This document shows positions 36,599 through 47,154 of a DNA stretch of 64,000 bases, one piece after another. Below the pieces are notes generated by a model. It had not been told where the DNA came from. It did no database searches and saw only the letters and a program-made list of their open reading frames with translations. A program made the position numbers and the translations under genes. This stretch comes from Roseibacillus sp. Lineage in GTDB: Bacteria > Verrucomicrobiota > Verrucomicrobiia > Verrucomicrobiales > Akkermansiaceae. Positions within the stretch are counted from its first letter, which is position 1; each line of letters starts with the position of its first letter. Where the stretch lies: the NCBI GenBank assembly GCA_051251855.1, contig JBPOGI010000001.1, forward strand, positions 512,001-576,000. The letters are read 5' to 3'.

Positions 36599-38767
36599 AT
36601 GAAGATAATTCTCACGGTAATCTTGATCTTGGCCGCTTTTTGCAGCTGTCATGGAGCTTCACCACGCGTTGATTTTTATCTGTCACCCAACGGCTCGGAT
36701 GATTGGTCGGGGACACGTGCTGAACCAAATCAACAGAGGACTGACGGACCCTTCGCTACTTTGGAGCGCGCTCGCGATGCCGTGAGGGTTTTGAAGAGGA
36801 GCAAAAGGAGAGACCTTCGGGTGCAAGTGAGAGGAGGGAACTATTCTCTGGAAAAGACAGTTGTCTTTGAACTCCAAGACTCGGGACGTGGAGAGGCAAA
36901 AGTCATCTACGAAGCATATCCTAACGAGAAGCCCATCTTTGATTCAGGACAGCCCATCACAAACTGGCGAAAGGTTACCACTACAATTCCGGGATTGCCT
37001 GAAAACGCTCAAGGGAAGGTCTGGGAAGCCGACGTTTCGAAGCAGTTTTTTACGCTGTATGATGAAGAGGGAATGCTACCGCGGGCGCGGTCGAAGGGAT
37101 TCATTCCGCTCAAAGGAAGCACTCGGGACCGTGTTATTTTTCCAAAGGGGATGTTGAAGGGGTGGGCCAACCTCAAGGACGTGGAAATTGTGGTGCGTCC
37201 GAACCATGCTTGGATCGTAAATATTCTTCCTGTCGTTTCAGTGGATGAAGAGAAGCAGCGAGCTGAATTGTCTGTGGAGTCTACCTATGTGATGTCTGAA
37301 CTTCATTTCTTAAAAGGGACAGAGTCTTGCTGGGTTGAAAACGTGGTGGAGGCCATTGATGAGCCTGGGGAGTGGGCTCTCAATACGGATGCGGGTAAAG
37401 TCTACCTATGGCCGCGTAATGATTCACCTCCAGTTCGAGTCTCTGCCCCTCGTCTGATGGAGTATATCAGGGTGGAAGGTCGTATCGACAAAGAGGGACC
37501 GAAGGATGCTCCCGTGAAAAACCTCTCCTTCCGAGGACTGACTTTCATCAATGGTGAACGCTATTCCATGAGAGCTGACGATGCTGGGCTTCAGCACGAT
37601 TGGGACTTTCACGACAAGGGCAATGCTTTGCTTCGCCTACGAGGAACGGAGAACTGCGCTGTGGAGAAGTGCCACTTTGCTCATAGCGGGGGCGGCGCTA
37701 TTCGAGTGGATCTACACGGACAGAAGAACATGATTTCGGGCAATGTTATCGAGCACATGGGCGGTACGGGAATTCTGCTTTGTGGTTATGGTCCTGGAAC
37801 GAAGGATGTGAATCACGATAATGTCGTATACAATAATCATATTCACCATCCGGGGCAGATTTATGCTCACTCGCCGGGTATTATGATTTGGCAGAGTGGT
37901 AAGAATCGAGTGGCGAATAATCTGGTGCATCATACTCCTTACACCGCGATTATTCTTTCAGGATGTGTCACCGAATTTTTCAAAAAAGATAAGGGGCGGG
38001 AAGTCGGCAGAACTATTCGGAGGCATGAGGTTCACAAGCTTCCAAAGGGCTATGGTTTGGAGGATGTGCGGCCCTACTTGCACACCAAAAGTAACCTTAT
38101 TGAGCTGAACGAGATTCATCATGCCATGGAGAAACTAGGCGATGGCAACGGGATCTATATTCGTGGCGCAGGGGCGGGGAACGTGATTCGGAAAAACTAC
38201 ATTCATCATCTTGTTGCCCCCATGATTATGCAGGCCGCAATCCGAACTGATGGCGGGCAGAAGGATACTTTGATTGCGGAGAATCTCATCTACAAATGCA
38301 CTTCTCAGGGAATTTTGATAAAGCTCAATAATCGTTGCGAGAACAACATCGTTGCGGACATCATCGCTCCACCTAGAGGTTACTATCTTTCGCTGCGCGA
38401 AGGGCCCATGGATGGCGCGACGATCCAGCGGAACATTCTTTACTCTTCGGGGACTGAAGTGACCTTTATGGATGAGTTGAACGCTCGGAAAAAGAATCCC
38501 TCGGAAGATCGACGGGGACGGGAAATCGCGCGGGCAAAGGACGCAGATACGGATTATAACCTCTATTTTTGCGCAGCTGATCCGACACTAAGTGATGAAT
38601 GGTTGCGTTCCCAAGTGGCTTTGGGGATGGACGAACATAGCTTGGCGACCGATCCGCTTTTTGTGGATGCGGACAATGGTGACTTTCGGTTTCAACCCGA
38701 TTCACCCGCACACAAGCTTGGGATCGTGCCAATTGACCTCACCCAAATCGGCTTAAGGGAGGAATGA
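36599..38767 (+). CDS. Right-handed parallel beta-helix glycosidase, GH141-like (putative alpha-L-fucosidase)
   Basis: FYLSPNGSDDWSG...GPFATLERARDAVR, RGGNY, YEAYPNEKP, WVEN..AIDEPGEW, Asn-ladder repeats, LGDGNGIY, IRTD, DPLFVDADNGDFRF. Confidence 0.75.
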   Translation: MKIILTVILILAAFCSCHGASPRVDFYLSPNGSDDWSGTRAEPNQQRTDGPFATLERARDAVRVLKRSKRRDLRVQVRGGNYSLEKTVVFELQDSGRGEAKVIYEAYPNEKPIFDSGQPITNWRKVTTTIPGLPENAQGKVWEADVSKQFFTLYDEEGMLPRARSKGFIPLKGSTRDRVIFPKGMLKGWANLKDVEIVVRPNHAWIVNILPVVSVDEEKQRAELSVESTYVMSELHFLKGTESCWVENVVEAIDEPGEWALNTDAGKVYLWPRNDSPPVRVSAPRLMEYIRVEGRIDKEGPKDAPVKNLSFRGLTFINGERYSMRADDAGLQHDWDFHDKGNALLRLRGTENCAVEKCHFAHSGGGAIRVDLHGQKNMISGNVIEHMGGTGILLCGYGPGTKDVNHDNVVYNNHIHHPGQIYAHSPGIMIWQSGKNRVANNLVHHTPYTAIILSGCVTEFFKKDKGREVGRTIRRHEVHKLPKGYGLEDVRPYLHTKSNLIELNEIHHAMEKLGDGNGIYIRGAGAGNVIRKNYIHHLVAPMIMQAAIRTDGGQKDTLIAENLIYKCTSQGILIKLNNRCENNIVADIIAPPRGYYLSLREGPMDGATIQRNILYSSGTEVTFMDELNARKKNPSEDRRGREIARAKDADTDYNLYFCAADPTLSDEWLRSQVALGMDEHSLATDPLFVDADNGDFRFQPDSPAHKLGIVPIDLTQIGLREE

Positions 38768-38778
38768 ACTGAGTTCGC

Positions 38779-41700
38779 ATGAGAGGTAAGAAAAATAGAG
38801 TAAGAGGAGTAGATCGGGACCGGGCCGGATTTTCGCTCATCGTAACGGTGACGGTGATGATTCTCCTCAGCCTGATCGCAGTCGGTTTACTTTCACTTTC
38901 GACCACGGTTTTGCGCAGCGCTACAAGTGACCGAGATAGGCAGCTGGCTCGTAGTAATGCGCGTTTGGCATTGATGTTGGCGATGGGTGAACTCCAAAAA
39001 TACGCAGGCCCGGATACACGCATCACGGCTCCTTCTGAATCGCTGGCGGGGGTCAATGGTTCACGCTTCGTCACGGGTGCTTGGCGGTCTTGGGAAGGAG
39101 AGGACCATGATCCTCGGACAGGTCAGCCTCTTCAGCCCGACTATGATTCAAAGGTGGAACCATACGATTCGGATAATTCGCTCGATGGACGCTTCCTAGG
39201 ATGGTTGCTCTCTGGGCCGGAGCAGGGAAACGGTGCGGAGTCACCGCCAAAGGTATCGGCCTCTGGTAAGTCGATTCCGATTCTCGGTCCGGGAACCCTT
39301 GGAAAGGGAACGGGCAAGGAAGTTCATCTAGAGCCAACGACTGTTGGTGAAGAGGGGGCCTACGCTTGGTGGGTGGAAGGGGAGAATGTGAAGTCTCTGA
39401 TCACTCATGATGGGGAAGAACTAGAAGAGGTTGAGGAATGGGCTGGGAGGTTGGCTTCGTATGGCCAGCCTCGTGTGGAGTCCTTCGGTCTCGCGGATTC
39501 AGTAGATTTGGCGAGTTCACCCAGCCGCAAGACTCTTGACCTAGCCGACAGCGGGGATGAAGAGGGGGGTGATGAAGGGAAGTCCGAAGGGGTGGGGAAA
39601 TACTTTCATGAACTCTCTGTTAGGAGTCGGGGCCTACTCACCAACTCGGCCAATGGTGGCTGGCGCCGAGACTTATCTCTTCTCACCGAGCAATGGCTGG
39701 ACGTCAAGGAGAGCCTTCAAGGGCCAGGAGGAACTGGACTATTTACATTGGCTCCGGGAGTGGAAGCGCCCATGAGCACTGCTGGTCTGATCTATCCTTG
39801 GGGGATGGAACAGGATTACTTGGTGATTGGAAGCGAGAAAAACAACAATATTTCGGAGGAGGGAGGCCCCTCTTCGAGTTGGGATGCCTTGGTTGATTTT
39901 GCGGGCCAATATAAAGAGGCTCAAGGTGGCGCTGGCGTGAGCTCGTTCTCGATTCGGCAGGGTGGGAGGGACGAGGTCGCACGACGGCCCATCATTACCC
40001 GCTTCCATTGGGTGTATTCCTTTGGTTCAGAGAGGCAAGGTGACGGCCAGTATCGAGCCTTTCTGAACGTCAACCCTGTCTTTACTTTTTGGAATCCCTA
40101 CAATGTAGAGATTGAGGACTTTGATCCTTTTGACATCCGCATTACTGAACCAATGCCCTATGGCCTCAGATTTAAAGTTGGGAACACAGTGCAGAATGCG
40201 TTCTTTCCTTTGGATAAACTGGCGAGAGATGGGGAGTTGACGATGAAGATCCAAGGTGCGGGTGGGGAACCTTGGCAGCCGGGAGAAGCTCGTCTCTATA
40301 GCGCGACTAGAGCTCTTGCGGCTAAAATAATACGAATGGAACGAGGCTTTCGAACGGACACGGGATTGAGGATACCGCTCTTTCGAAGTTATGAATCTAT
40401 TGCGGCAGGTAAATTTAAAGGAGTCGATGAACTCGTTGGAGCGGGAGCTGACCGGTTCTCCGTTGAAGTGCAAAAGTATGACGATGCTAAGTTCACCATC
40501 GAGTGCTACAAGGTGGGTGGCCATGAGATGAGCATGGAGATGCTCTATGTCCTGCCGCAGGACCTTACCGACTCCTTTTGGCCTGCCTTGGAAATCGTCA
40601 ATGATAGCGTAACCCTGAGGGATGTCGATGGAGGAGTCGATGGAGGCTCACCGTTTTTGGTCTCGATTATGCAGCACCGAGGAGTCTTTATTGAGTCGGA
40701 CAGGGAGTCGACAAGCACTCGTGGTTACTCGGACAATAAGTTCTTTGTGAATTTCACGAGTCCAAATACCTATAAAACGAATTACACACCGGAGAATTAC
40801 CCCGACGGATTCCCCTACGATTGGCTCTTCTTCACTCCCAACGATATTATCGATACCGAGGGGATGCCTCAGGCTGCGGGAAGTGATACTGATATTGGTT
40901 ACGTGGGAACGGGCTTTCGAGCGGATACAGGGTTGACCAGTTTAGTGACAGCCGAGTTGCCTTCTCGTCCTCTGAGTTCTCTGGGGGAGTTACAGCACTT
41001 TGATATTAGTAGCCATAACCCCTTCCCACCCTATACGTCGAATGCCGTTGGGAATAGTAGTGCCACCTTTGCGATAGCTCCAGACAAGGTCTATTCTGAA
41101 GAGGGAGCTCCGGAGGAACTGAGAACGGGATTCGATCATAGCTACGTTTCTAACCATCTTTTCTTCGATGATTGGTTCGTCTCTTCGATTGCCCCAGATG
41201 TTGTGGAGTCGCGCACCACCAAAGATGTCTACAATGAGTTCCTTACGGGAGAGAGGGACTTGCCCAATCACCTTTACCGTCCCGCCGAGGTTCAATCTTC
41301 GGCGAAGGCCAAGGAGAAGTCCGATGGATTGTTAGGAGATGACAAGGCTTGGGCTCAGATCGCTTCGGAGCTTGAGGTCGAGGGGATGTTCAATGTGAAC
41401 TCTACTTCCGTGGAGGCATGGTCTGCCCTGCTCAAGCACTTGCAGAATGCGAGTGTTCCTCAGATTGTGAATGAGGAAGACTCTTGGTCGATTGAGTTGG
41501 GGGAGGAAGAGGATCACCCGGTTACACGGACGACGATCACCGGAGACGCCAATGGACAGATCGATACTGACATCAGCCAGCTGGCCAGCCCGAGTCGCTT
41601 CACTGACCAGCAGATTGATGCGCTCGCTGAGGAGATCGTCCTACAGGTGAAAGAGAGAGGGCCGTTCCTCTCTCTTTCTGAGTTTGTAAACCGGAGGCTG

Positions 41701-42192
41701 ACGACTGAAGAAGACGCTAACCCCTTAGGGCTAGCTGGGGCGATAGAGACGGCTCTCGTAAGGCTTTCCGACAGACCTGAAGAAGAGAACCCTTTTAACG
41801 ATCTACAAGAGTTCTTTACGGCAAGGGTTAATGAGACGGTAGCAGTGGATCGCCCGTTTAATGAGGCTGCGCAGGGCTATCGGGCCTACGGTTTTCCTGG
41901 ATGGGCTCGCCAAGCAGATATCCTTAGGCCCCTAGCTCCTATTCTTTCGGTTCGCGATGATACCTTTGTGATTCGCGCCTATGGTGAGAGTCGGGACTCC
42001 TCAACTGGAACGGTTATGGCGCAAGCTTGGTGCGAGGCCGTGGTGCAACGTCGGGCAGATTATCTTGACCCAAACGCTGATGAGGCCACGGTTCTCCCTA
42101 GTGAGGAGACCTTGAATTCGAAGGTCAATCAGCGCTTTGGTCGTCGTTTTTCCATGGTCTCCTTCCGATGGTTAGCTCCAGGTGAGGTCTAA
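38779..42192 (+). CDS. Giant GspK/PilX-like minor pseudopilin (Verru_Chthon cassette protein A-like)
   Basis: Class III signal peptide, basic leader ...RAG|FSLIVTV with no Glu+5; ARSNARLAL..A.GELQKYAGPD; FNVNSTSVEAW; RGPFLSLSEFVNRR; DILRPLAPILSVRDDTFVIRAYG; FGRRF..VSFRWL. Confidence 0.75.
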   Translation: MRGKKNRVRGVDRDRAGFSLIVTVTVMILLSLIAVGLLSLSTTVLRSATSDRDRQLARSNARLALMLAMGELQKYAGPDTRITAPSESLAGVNGSRFVTGAWRSWEGEDHDPRTGQPLQPDYDSKVEPYDSDNSLDGRFLGWLLSGPEQGNGAESPPKVSASGKSIPILGPGTLGKGTGKEVHLEPTTVGEEGAYAWWVEGENVKSLITHDGEELEEVEEWAGRLASYGQPRVESFGLADSVDLASSPSRKTLDLADSGDEEGGDEGKSEGVGKYFHELSVRSRGLLTNSANGGWRRDLSLLTEQWLDVKESLQGPGGTGLFTLAPGVEAPMSTAGLIYPWGMEQDYLVIGSEKNNNISEEGGPSSSWDALVDFAGQYKEAQGGAGVSSFSIRQGGRDEVARRPIITRFHWVYSFGSERQGDGQYRAFLNVNPVFTFWNPYNVEIEDFDPFDIRITEPMPYGLRFKVGNTVQNAFFPLDKLARDGELTMKIQGAGGEPWQPGEARLYSATRALAAKIIRMERGFRTDTGLRIPLFRSYESIAAGKFKGVDELVGAGADRFSVEVQKYDDAKFTIECYKVGGHEMSMEMLYVLPQDLTDSFWPALEIVNDSVTLRDVDGGVDGGSPFLVSIMQHRGVFIESDRESTSTRGYSDNKFFVNFTSPNTYKTNYTPENYPDGFPYDWLFFTPNDIIDTEGMPQAAGSDTDIGYVGTGFRADTGLTSLVTAELPSRPLSSLGELQHFDISSHNPFPPYTSNAVGNSSATFAIAPDKVYSEEGAPEELRTGFDHSYVSNHLFFDDWFVSSIAPDVVESRTTKDVYNEFLTGERDLPNHLYRPAEVQSSAKAKEKSDGLLGDDKAWAQIASELEVEGMFNVNSTSVEAWSALLKHLQNASVPQIVNEEDSWSIELGEEEDHPVTRTTITGDANGQIDTDISQLASPSRFTDQQIDALAEEIVLQVKERGPFLSLSEFVNRRLTTEEDANPLGLAGAIETALVRLSDRPEEENPFNDLQEFFTARVNETVAVDRPFNEAAQGYRAYGFPGWARQADILRPLAPILSVRDDTFVIRAYGESRDSSTGTVMAQAWCEAVVQRRADYLDPNADEATVLPSEETLNSKVNQRFGRRFSMVSFRWLAPGEV

Positions 42193-42209
42193 ACCTATTC
42201 AATGATAAA

Positions 42210-42902
42210 ATGATAACTTTGAAGCTTCTATGGTCGATCGGATTGCTCTCCGTGCTCTTCTTCTCGGTGGACTCGGCACAAGGAGAACGGGTGGCGCGCA
42301 TCCTCTATTATGGTGCGCCGAAGGACGCTCCCGAGACGGCCTTCGTTCATCAGAAGGGCTCGAAAGTGCAGGAGGTGCCTCTCCCTCGAAACAATTTTTC
42401 GGAGTCCTTCGAGCTGGGCGCGGGTGCACTCCGGCTAGCCTTTTTTCCGTCTGAATCACTCGAAGAGATCGAGAATCCGGAAGCGGCTCCCTTCTTGGAT
42501 ATCCCCGAAGGTTGGGGGAAAGTGCTTATTCTTGTTTTTGAAGATCCGGATAACACGTTGCTACCAATCCGCTTGAAAGCCATCAATGCCAACGACAACC
42601 AGTTTGGCCCTGGGGACTTGTATTTCGTCAATTTTTCTAAGCGGACGATATTTGGGATGGTGGGGGACGAGAAGATGAATCTAAAACCAGAGGGGACGAC
42701 TATTGTATCCAGTCCTCGCAAAGCGAGAGGGGATTACAACGTGCAGTTGGACTCAGTGAAGGGAGAGGAAAAAGGCTCCCGGCGCTGGTTGCTGAGGCAA
42801 ACTTGGCGCCATCAACCAAGTGTGAGGAGAGTAGTTTTTGCAATACCTCTGCCTGCTCCTCGTAACATTAAACTCTATTCGGCACCCATTCGGAATTTCT
42901 GA
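42210..42902 (+). CDS. Hypothetical secreted beta-rich protein, putative partner of the pseudopilin-like gene
   Basis: Signal peptide; 230-aa ORF 17 bp downstream of the pseudopilin-like gene, same strand. Confidence 0.7.
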   Translation: MITLKLLWSIGLLSVLFFSVDSAQGERVARILYYGAPKDAPETAFVHQKGSKVQEVPLPRNNFSESFELGAGALRLAFFPSESLEEIENPEAAPFLDIPEGWGKVLILVFEDPDNTLLPIRLKAINANDNQFGPGDLYFVNFSKRTIFGMVGDEKMNLKPEGTTIVSSPRKARGDYNVQLDSVKGEEKGSRRWLLRQTWRHQPSVRRVVFAIPLPAPRNIKLYSAPIRNF

Positions 42903-42927
42903 GCGAAGTGCCTCCCAATTTACCGAT

Positions 42928-43932
42928 ATGAAGAAGTCAAAAATTCTGCTGTTCACCCTATTCTTGATGCCCTGTTTCCTCTTTGCGGAGCAGGAAGCGC
43001 CTGTTTTGGATCCACCTGTAAAAAGGGAGAGAGGCAAAAAGGTGCAGTCTTACCTCAAGACAACAGGGGAGCAGAAGAGGGACCTTGTGTATAAAAAGAT
43101 TGGGCGACGTGAGTTGCAGCTGGACCTTTATTATCCTACCGCGAAACGTGAAGAGTCGTCGCCGGTCATTATCTATACTCACGGAGGAGGTTGGGCAGCG
43201 GGAAGTCGGGCCGGAGTGACGAAGGGTTTGTTTTCCAAGGTTTTCAGGGAACTTCTAGGAGAGGGCTTCTGCGTGGCCTCTGTTGATTATCGTCTTTACA
43301 ATAAAGGGGGGACGGTGGCGATGCGTGACTGTGTGATCGACTCCAAGGATGCGGTGCGCTACCTCGCTAAGAATGCGGAGTCGCTGGGTCTTGACTCGGA
43401 ACGCTTCTACGTGATGGGCGATTCGGCAGGGGGGCAAATTGCTCAAATGCTTTTACTGACTCCGCCAGAAAGTTTGACAGGAGACTTGGAACTTGCGGAT
43501 GCTCAATATCAAATTTTAGGTGGAGTGTCTTGGTATGGACCCTGTGACTTTGAGGATCAGAGTTTGTTTAATCACGATGATCGCCCGGATTTTAAGGACC
43601 GTTTTGGTCCAAGGATTGTGGTGTCAGAAGTGACTCCTGAAGAGAGATTGAAGCTCTATCGCGAGATGAGTCCTATCAATTTCCTGAAGAAGGACAGCCC
43701 TCCCTTACTCATGATTCAAGGGGATAGCGACACCACCATTCCGGTGAAGCACGCGCACTACATGAAGAAAAGGGCTCTAGAGCTGAAGGCACCCGTGGAG
43801 GTTCTCATCGTTAAAAATTCAGGCCACAATTGGCGGAAGGTGGGGGCGGAGATTGAACCGTCGAGGGAGGATATTCTTGCGGAGACTGTTCGATTCTTTG
43901 TGGGGCATGAGAAGAGTTCGTCGAAAGATTGA
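42928..43932 (+). CDS. Secreted alpha/beta-hydrolase (carboxylesterase, HSL/BD-FAE-like)
   Basis: HGGGW, VDYRL, GDSAGG, SPI, QGDSD, GH. Confidence 0.9.
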   Translation: MKKSKILLFTLFLMPCFLFAEQEAPVLDPPVKRERGKKVQSYLKTTGEQKRDLVYKKIGRRELQLDLYYPTAKREESSPVIIYTHGGGWAAGSRAGVTKGLFSKVFRELLGEGFCVASVDYRLYNKGGTVAMRDCVIDSKDAVRYLAKNAESLGLDSERFYVMGDSAGGQIAQMLLLTPPESLTGDLELADAQYQILGGVSWYGPCDFEDQSLFNHDDRPDFKDRFGPRIVVSEVTPEERLKLYREMSPINFLKKDSPPLLMIQGDSDTTIPVKHAHYMKKRALELKAPVEVLIVKNSGHNWRKVGAEIEPSREDILAETVRFFVGHEKSSSKD

Positions 43933-43967
43933 GCCTTCTTTCCCAGTTGAGATTGGGACACTTCCTC

Positions 43968-45731
43968 ATGAATTTTTATCGTAAATCTTTAAGGCTGTTT
44001 TTTACTCTGGGCCTTCTGTTTATCATGGGCTCAACGGCACAGTCCAAGGAGCAACCCAACGTGATTTTGATCATGACGGATGATCAGGGCTACGGTGATG
44101 TGGGGATCCATGGGAATCCGATTTTGAAGACCCCTGAGCTGGACAAGCTACACGGGGAGTCGGTTCGCTTTACGGACTTCCACGTCAGCCCCTTTTGCAC
44201 GCCGACGAGAGCAGCCTTGATGACGGGGCGTTATCCGGCTCGAACGGGGGCCTATCGGACGAGTTCGGGGCGCACTATGATGCATACCGATGAGCGTACG
44301 ATTGCGAATGTTTTTGCGGATAATGGATATCTTACTGGGATGTTCGGAAAGTGGCACTTAGGAGACAACGCTCCGCACCGGCCTCAGGATCGAGGATTTC
44401 AAGATGTGGTTTGGCATCGCTGTGGCGGGATTGGGCAGTCTTCTGATTACTGGGGGAATGATTACTTTGATGATACCTATGAGCGGGTGCGCCCGGGGAG
44501 TCAGGAAGGCTCTTTCGAAAAGTTTGAGGGTTACTGCACGGATGTCTTTTTTAGGGAAGCGATTCGTTTCGTGGAGGAGAGTAAGGATAAGCCCTTTTTC
44601 CTCTATCTACCACTGAACGCGCCGCATGGTCCTTACTTTGTGGCACCGGAGTGGTCTGAGCCGTATAAGAAGACGTCAGAAGGGAAGCCCTTTGCGAACT
44701 TCTTCGGGATGATTGCCAACTTTGATCATAACGTGGGTTTGCTGCGCCAGCGATTGGAGGCGTTGGAATTGGCTGAGGATACCATCTTGATTTTTATGAC
44801 CGATAACGGCACGTCCGCTGGAGCCAAGTTCAAGGGCTTGGACTCGGAGGCGGTGCTGGGATTCAACGCGGGGATGCGCGGGAAGAAATCTTCTCATTAT
44901 GAAGGCGGGCATCGGGTTCCTTTTTTCATTCATTGGCCAAAGGGGGGCTTGGTGGGGGGCCGTGATGTGCTCTCGATGAGCGCTCATATCGATGTCTTGC
45001 CGACCTTGGCAGAACTTTGTGGTATCGAGGTTCCAGAGTCTCACCAGCCAGATGGAATTTCCTTTAAGGAGGTGTTGGAGAATCCTGAGGCTCCTCCTCA
45101 TCGCGATCATCTCATTGTGCAGTTTCAAGGAGGACCCCATTTCAAGTCGGAGGCTGAGCCTTGGACTTCGAGTTGTGTGATCCAAGAGAACTGGAGGCTG
45201 ATGGATGGAATGGAGCTCTACGATATGAGTTCGGATTTTGCCCAACGCAACGATATTGCTGCGGAGCATCCTGACAAGGTGGCGGCTTTGCGTGAGCTTT
45301 ACTTGCCGTTTTGGGCGTCGGTTTCTCCTCGAATGACGCCGGTTTCAATCGATGTGGGGAATCCCAGCGAGAATCCCACGACTCTTTGTTCGCAGGATTG
45401 GTATATGCCCACTGGGAATCCACCGTGGAATTTTAGAGAGATTCAACGACTTCCGCGAAGAACGGGTCCTTGGCATGTCGATGTGAAGAAGGCGGGTAAG
45501 TATCGCCTCACGTTGAGGCAATTTCCCAAGGAAGCGGGTAGGGAAGTGGTCGCGGTACGGGCACGCGTCGAGATTGCCGGGCTGGAGAAAGAGGTCACGG
45601 TGGAGGCTGGTAGCCAAGGGGTGGTCTTGGAGATGGAGCTGCCGGCTGGGAAGACGCAGTTGGTGACTTACCTGTATGATGAAAAGGGTAAGGCTGGAGG
45701 CGCGTATTTCACAGAGGTGGAGGCACTTTAG
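43968..45731 (+). CDS. S1 arylsulfatase with a C-terminal beta-domain (secreted)
   Basis: PNVILIMTDDQGYGD, CTPTRAALMTG, GKWHLG, MTDNG, EGGHRVP. Confidence 0.95.
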   Translation: MNFYRKSLRLFFTLGLLFIMGSTAQSKEQPNVILIMTDDQGYGDVGIHGNPILKTPELDKLHGESVRFTDFHVSPFCTPTRAALMTGRYPARTGAYRTSSGRTMMHTDERTIANVFADNGYLTGMFGKWHLGDNAPHRPQDRGFQDVVWHRCGGIGQSSDYWGNDYFDDTYERVRPGSQEGSFEKFEGYCTDVFFREAIRFVEESKDKPFFLYLPLNAPHGPYFVAPEWSEPYKKTSEGKPFANFFGMIANFDHNVGLLRQRLEALELAEDTILIFMTDNGTSAGAKFKGLDSEAVLGFNAGMRGKKSSHYEGGHRVPFFIHWPKGGLVGGRDVLSMSAHIDVLPTLAELCGIEVPESHQPDGISFKEVLENPEAPPHRDHLIVQFQGGPHFKSEAEPWTSSCVIQENWRLMDGMELYDMSSDFAQRNDIAAEHPDKVAALRELYLPFWASVSPRMTPVSIDVGNPSENPTTLCSQDWYMPTGNPPWNFREIQRLPRRTGPWHVDVKKAGKYRLTLRQFPKEAGREVVAVRARVEIAGLEKEVTVEAGSQGVVLEMELPAGKTQLVTYLYDEKGKAGGAYFTEVEAL

Positions 45732-45747
45732 GGAGAGAGATTTTAAG

Positions 45748-47154
45748 ATGATAAATTTGATAACACGATTCAAGACAGGCCGCGTGCTGAGCACAGCCTT
45801 TGGGGCCTTAATTTTGGCCAATGGAGCGACTGCCAAAGACAAGGTGAAAGAGAAGGAAACTTCGAAGCCGAACTTCGTGATCGTAGTCGCCGACGATATG
45901 GGGTGGGGGGATTCAGGAACTTATGGCAATGAGCTGATTAAGACTCCTAACATGGATCGTATGGCGGCCAAGGGAGTGAAGTTTACGCAATGCTACTCGG
46001 CGTGCGGAGTTTGCTCGCCCTCGCGCTCGGCGATTCTCACCGGACGTACCCCGTATCGGAATGGAGTGTGGCGGCACTTGTCGGGTAATCATGAAGCGCA
46101 TTTGCGGGAGAGTGAGATTACCTATCCAGAGCTTCTCAAAACGAAGGGGTATGAGACCTGTCACGTAGGAAAGTGGCATTTGCTTTCTAAAAATCAGTTC
46201 AACAATCCTGATTACCCTCAGCCGGGGGACCATGGCTACGACTACTGGATGTATACCCAGAACAACGCCATCCCGAGTCACAAGAACCCGAACAATTTCT
46301 TCAGAAATGGAGAGGCGGTTGGGGAGACCGAGGGATATTCTGCGCAATTGGTCGCAGCTGAGGCTGGGCATTGGTTGAAAGAGGTGCGTGATTCCAGTAA
46401 GCCTTTTGCACTTTCGATTTGGTTTCATGAACCACACTCACCCATTGCCACGGATTCTAAATTTCAAGGTCTCTACAAAGGGCACAAGAATGCAAAGTAT
46501 ATGGGAAATATCACCCAGTTAGACAATGCGTTGGGGATGGTGCTGGATGCCTTGGAAGAGCAGGGAGTGAGTGATAACACGCTCGTTTTTTTCACATCTG
46601 ACAACGGGCCTGTTCCAAGCTTTGGCGGCTCTGCGGGAGGTCTACGTGGTAACAAACGTAGCGAGTACGAGGGTGGTATTCGAGTGCCTGGTCTTGCGTG
46701 CTGGCCTGGTAAGATTGAGCCCGGAAGCGTGAGCGAGGTTCCTGTGGTTGGAACGGACGTGTTCAGCACAGTACTAGACATCGTAGGCGTGCCGCTTCCT
46801 GAGGATCGCACCATCGATGGCGCGAGTATGATTCCTGCCTTCACAGGGAAGCCGATTGAGAGGAAGGTTCCTCTCTTCTGGCGGACACATGTTTCAGGAC
46901 CAGAGGACCGGGTGGCGATGCGTATTGGTGACTGGAAGATTGTGGCTGACGAGACTTTGACCAAGTTCCAACTGTTTGAAGTTCAAAAGGACTGGAAGGA
47001 AGAGACCGACCTAGCCGCTGAAAACCCTGAGAAGACAGAAGAGATGAAGGTGAAGCTCCTGAAGCTCTGGGAAGAAATCAAAGAAGAAGGTCCCAACGAG
47101 TGGTGGGAGTCATCAACGCAAAAGCCCAAGAAGGGTGGAAAGATGAGCTACTAA
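45748..47154 (+). CDS. S1 sulfatase (secreted)
   Basis: KPNFVIVVADDMGWGD, CSPSRSAILTG, GKWHL, TSDNGP, YEGGIRVP. Confidence 0.95.
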   Translation: MINLITRFKTGRVLSTAFGALILANGATAKDKVKEKETSKPNFVIVVADDMGWGDSGTYGNELIKTPNMDRMAAKGVKFTQCYSACGVCSPSRSAILTGRTPYRNGVWRHLSGNHEAHLRESEITYPELLKTKGYETCHVGKWHLLSKNQFNNPDYPQPGDHGYDYWMYTQNNAIPSHKNPNNFFRNGEAVGETEGYSAQLVAAEAGHWLKEVRDSSKPFALSIWFHEPHSPIATDSKFQGLYKGHKNAKYMGNITQLDNALGMVLDALEEQGVSDNTLVFFTSDNGPVPSFGGSAGGLRGNKRSEYEGGIRVPGLACWPGKIEPGSVSEVPVVGTDVFSTVLDIVGVPLPEDRTIDGASMIPAFTGKPIERKVPLFWRTHVSGPEDRVAMRIGDWKIVADETLTKFQLFEVQKDWKEETDLAAENPEKTEEMKVKLLKLWEEIKEEGPNEWWESSTQKPKKGGKMSY

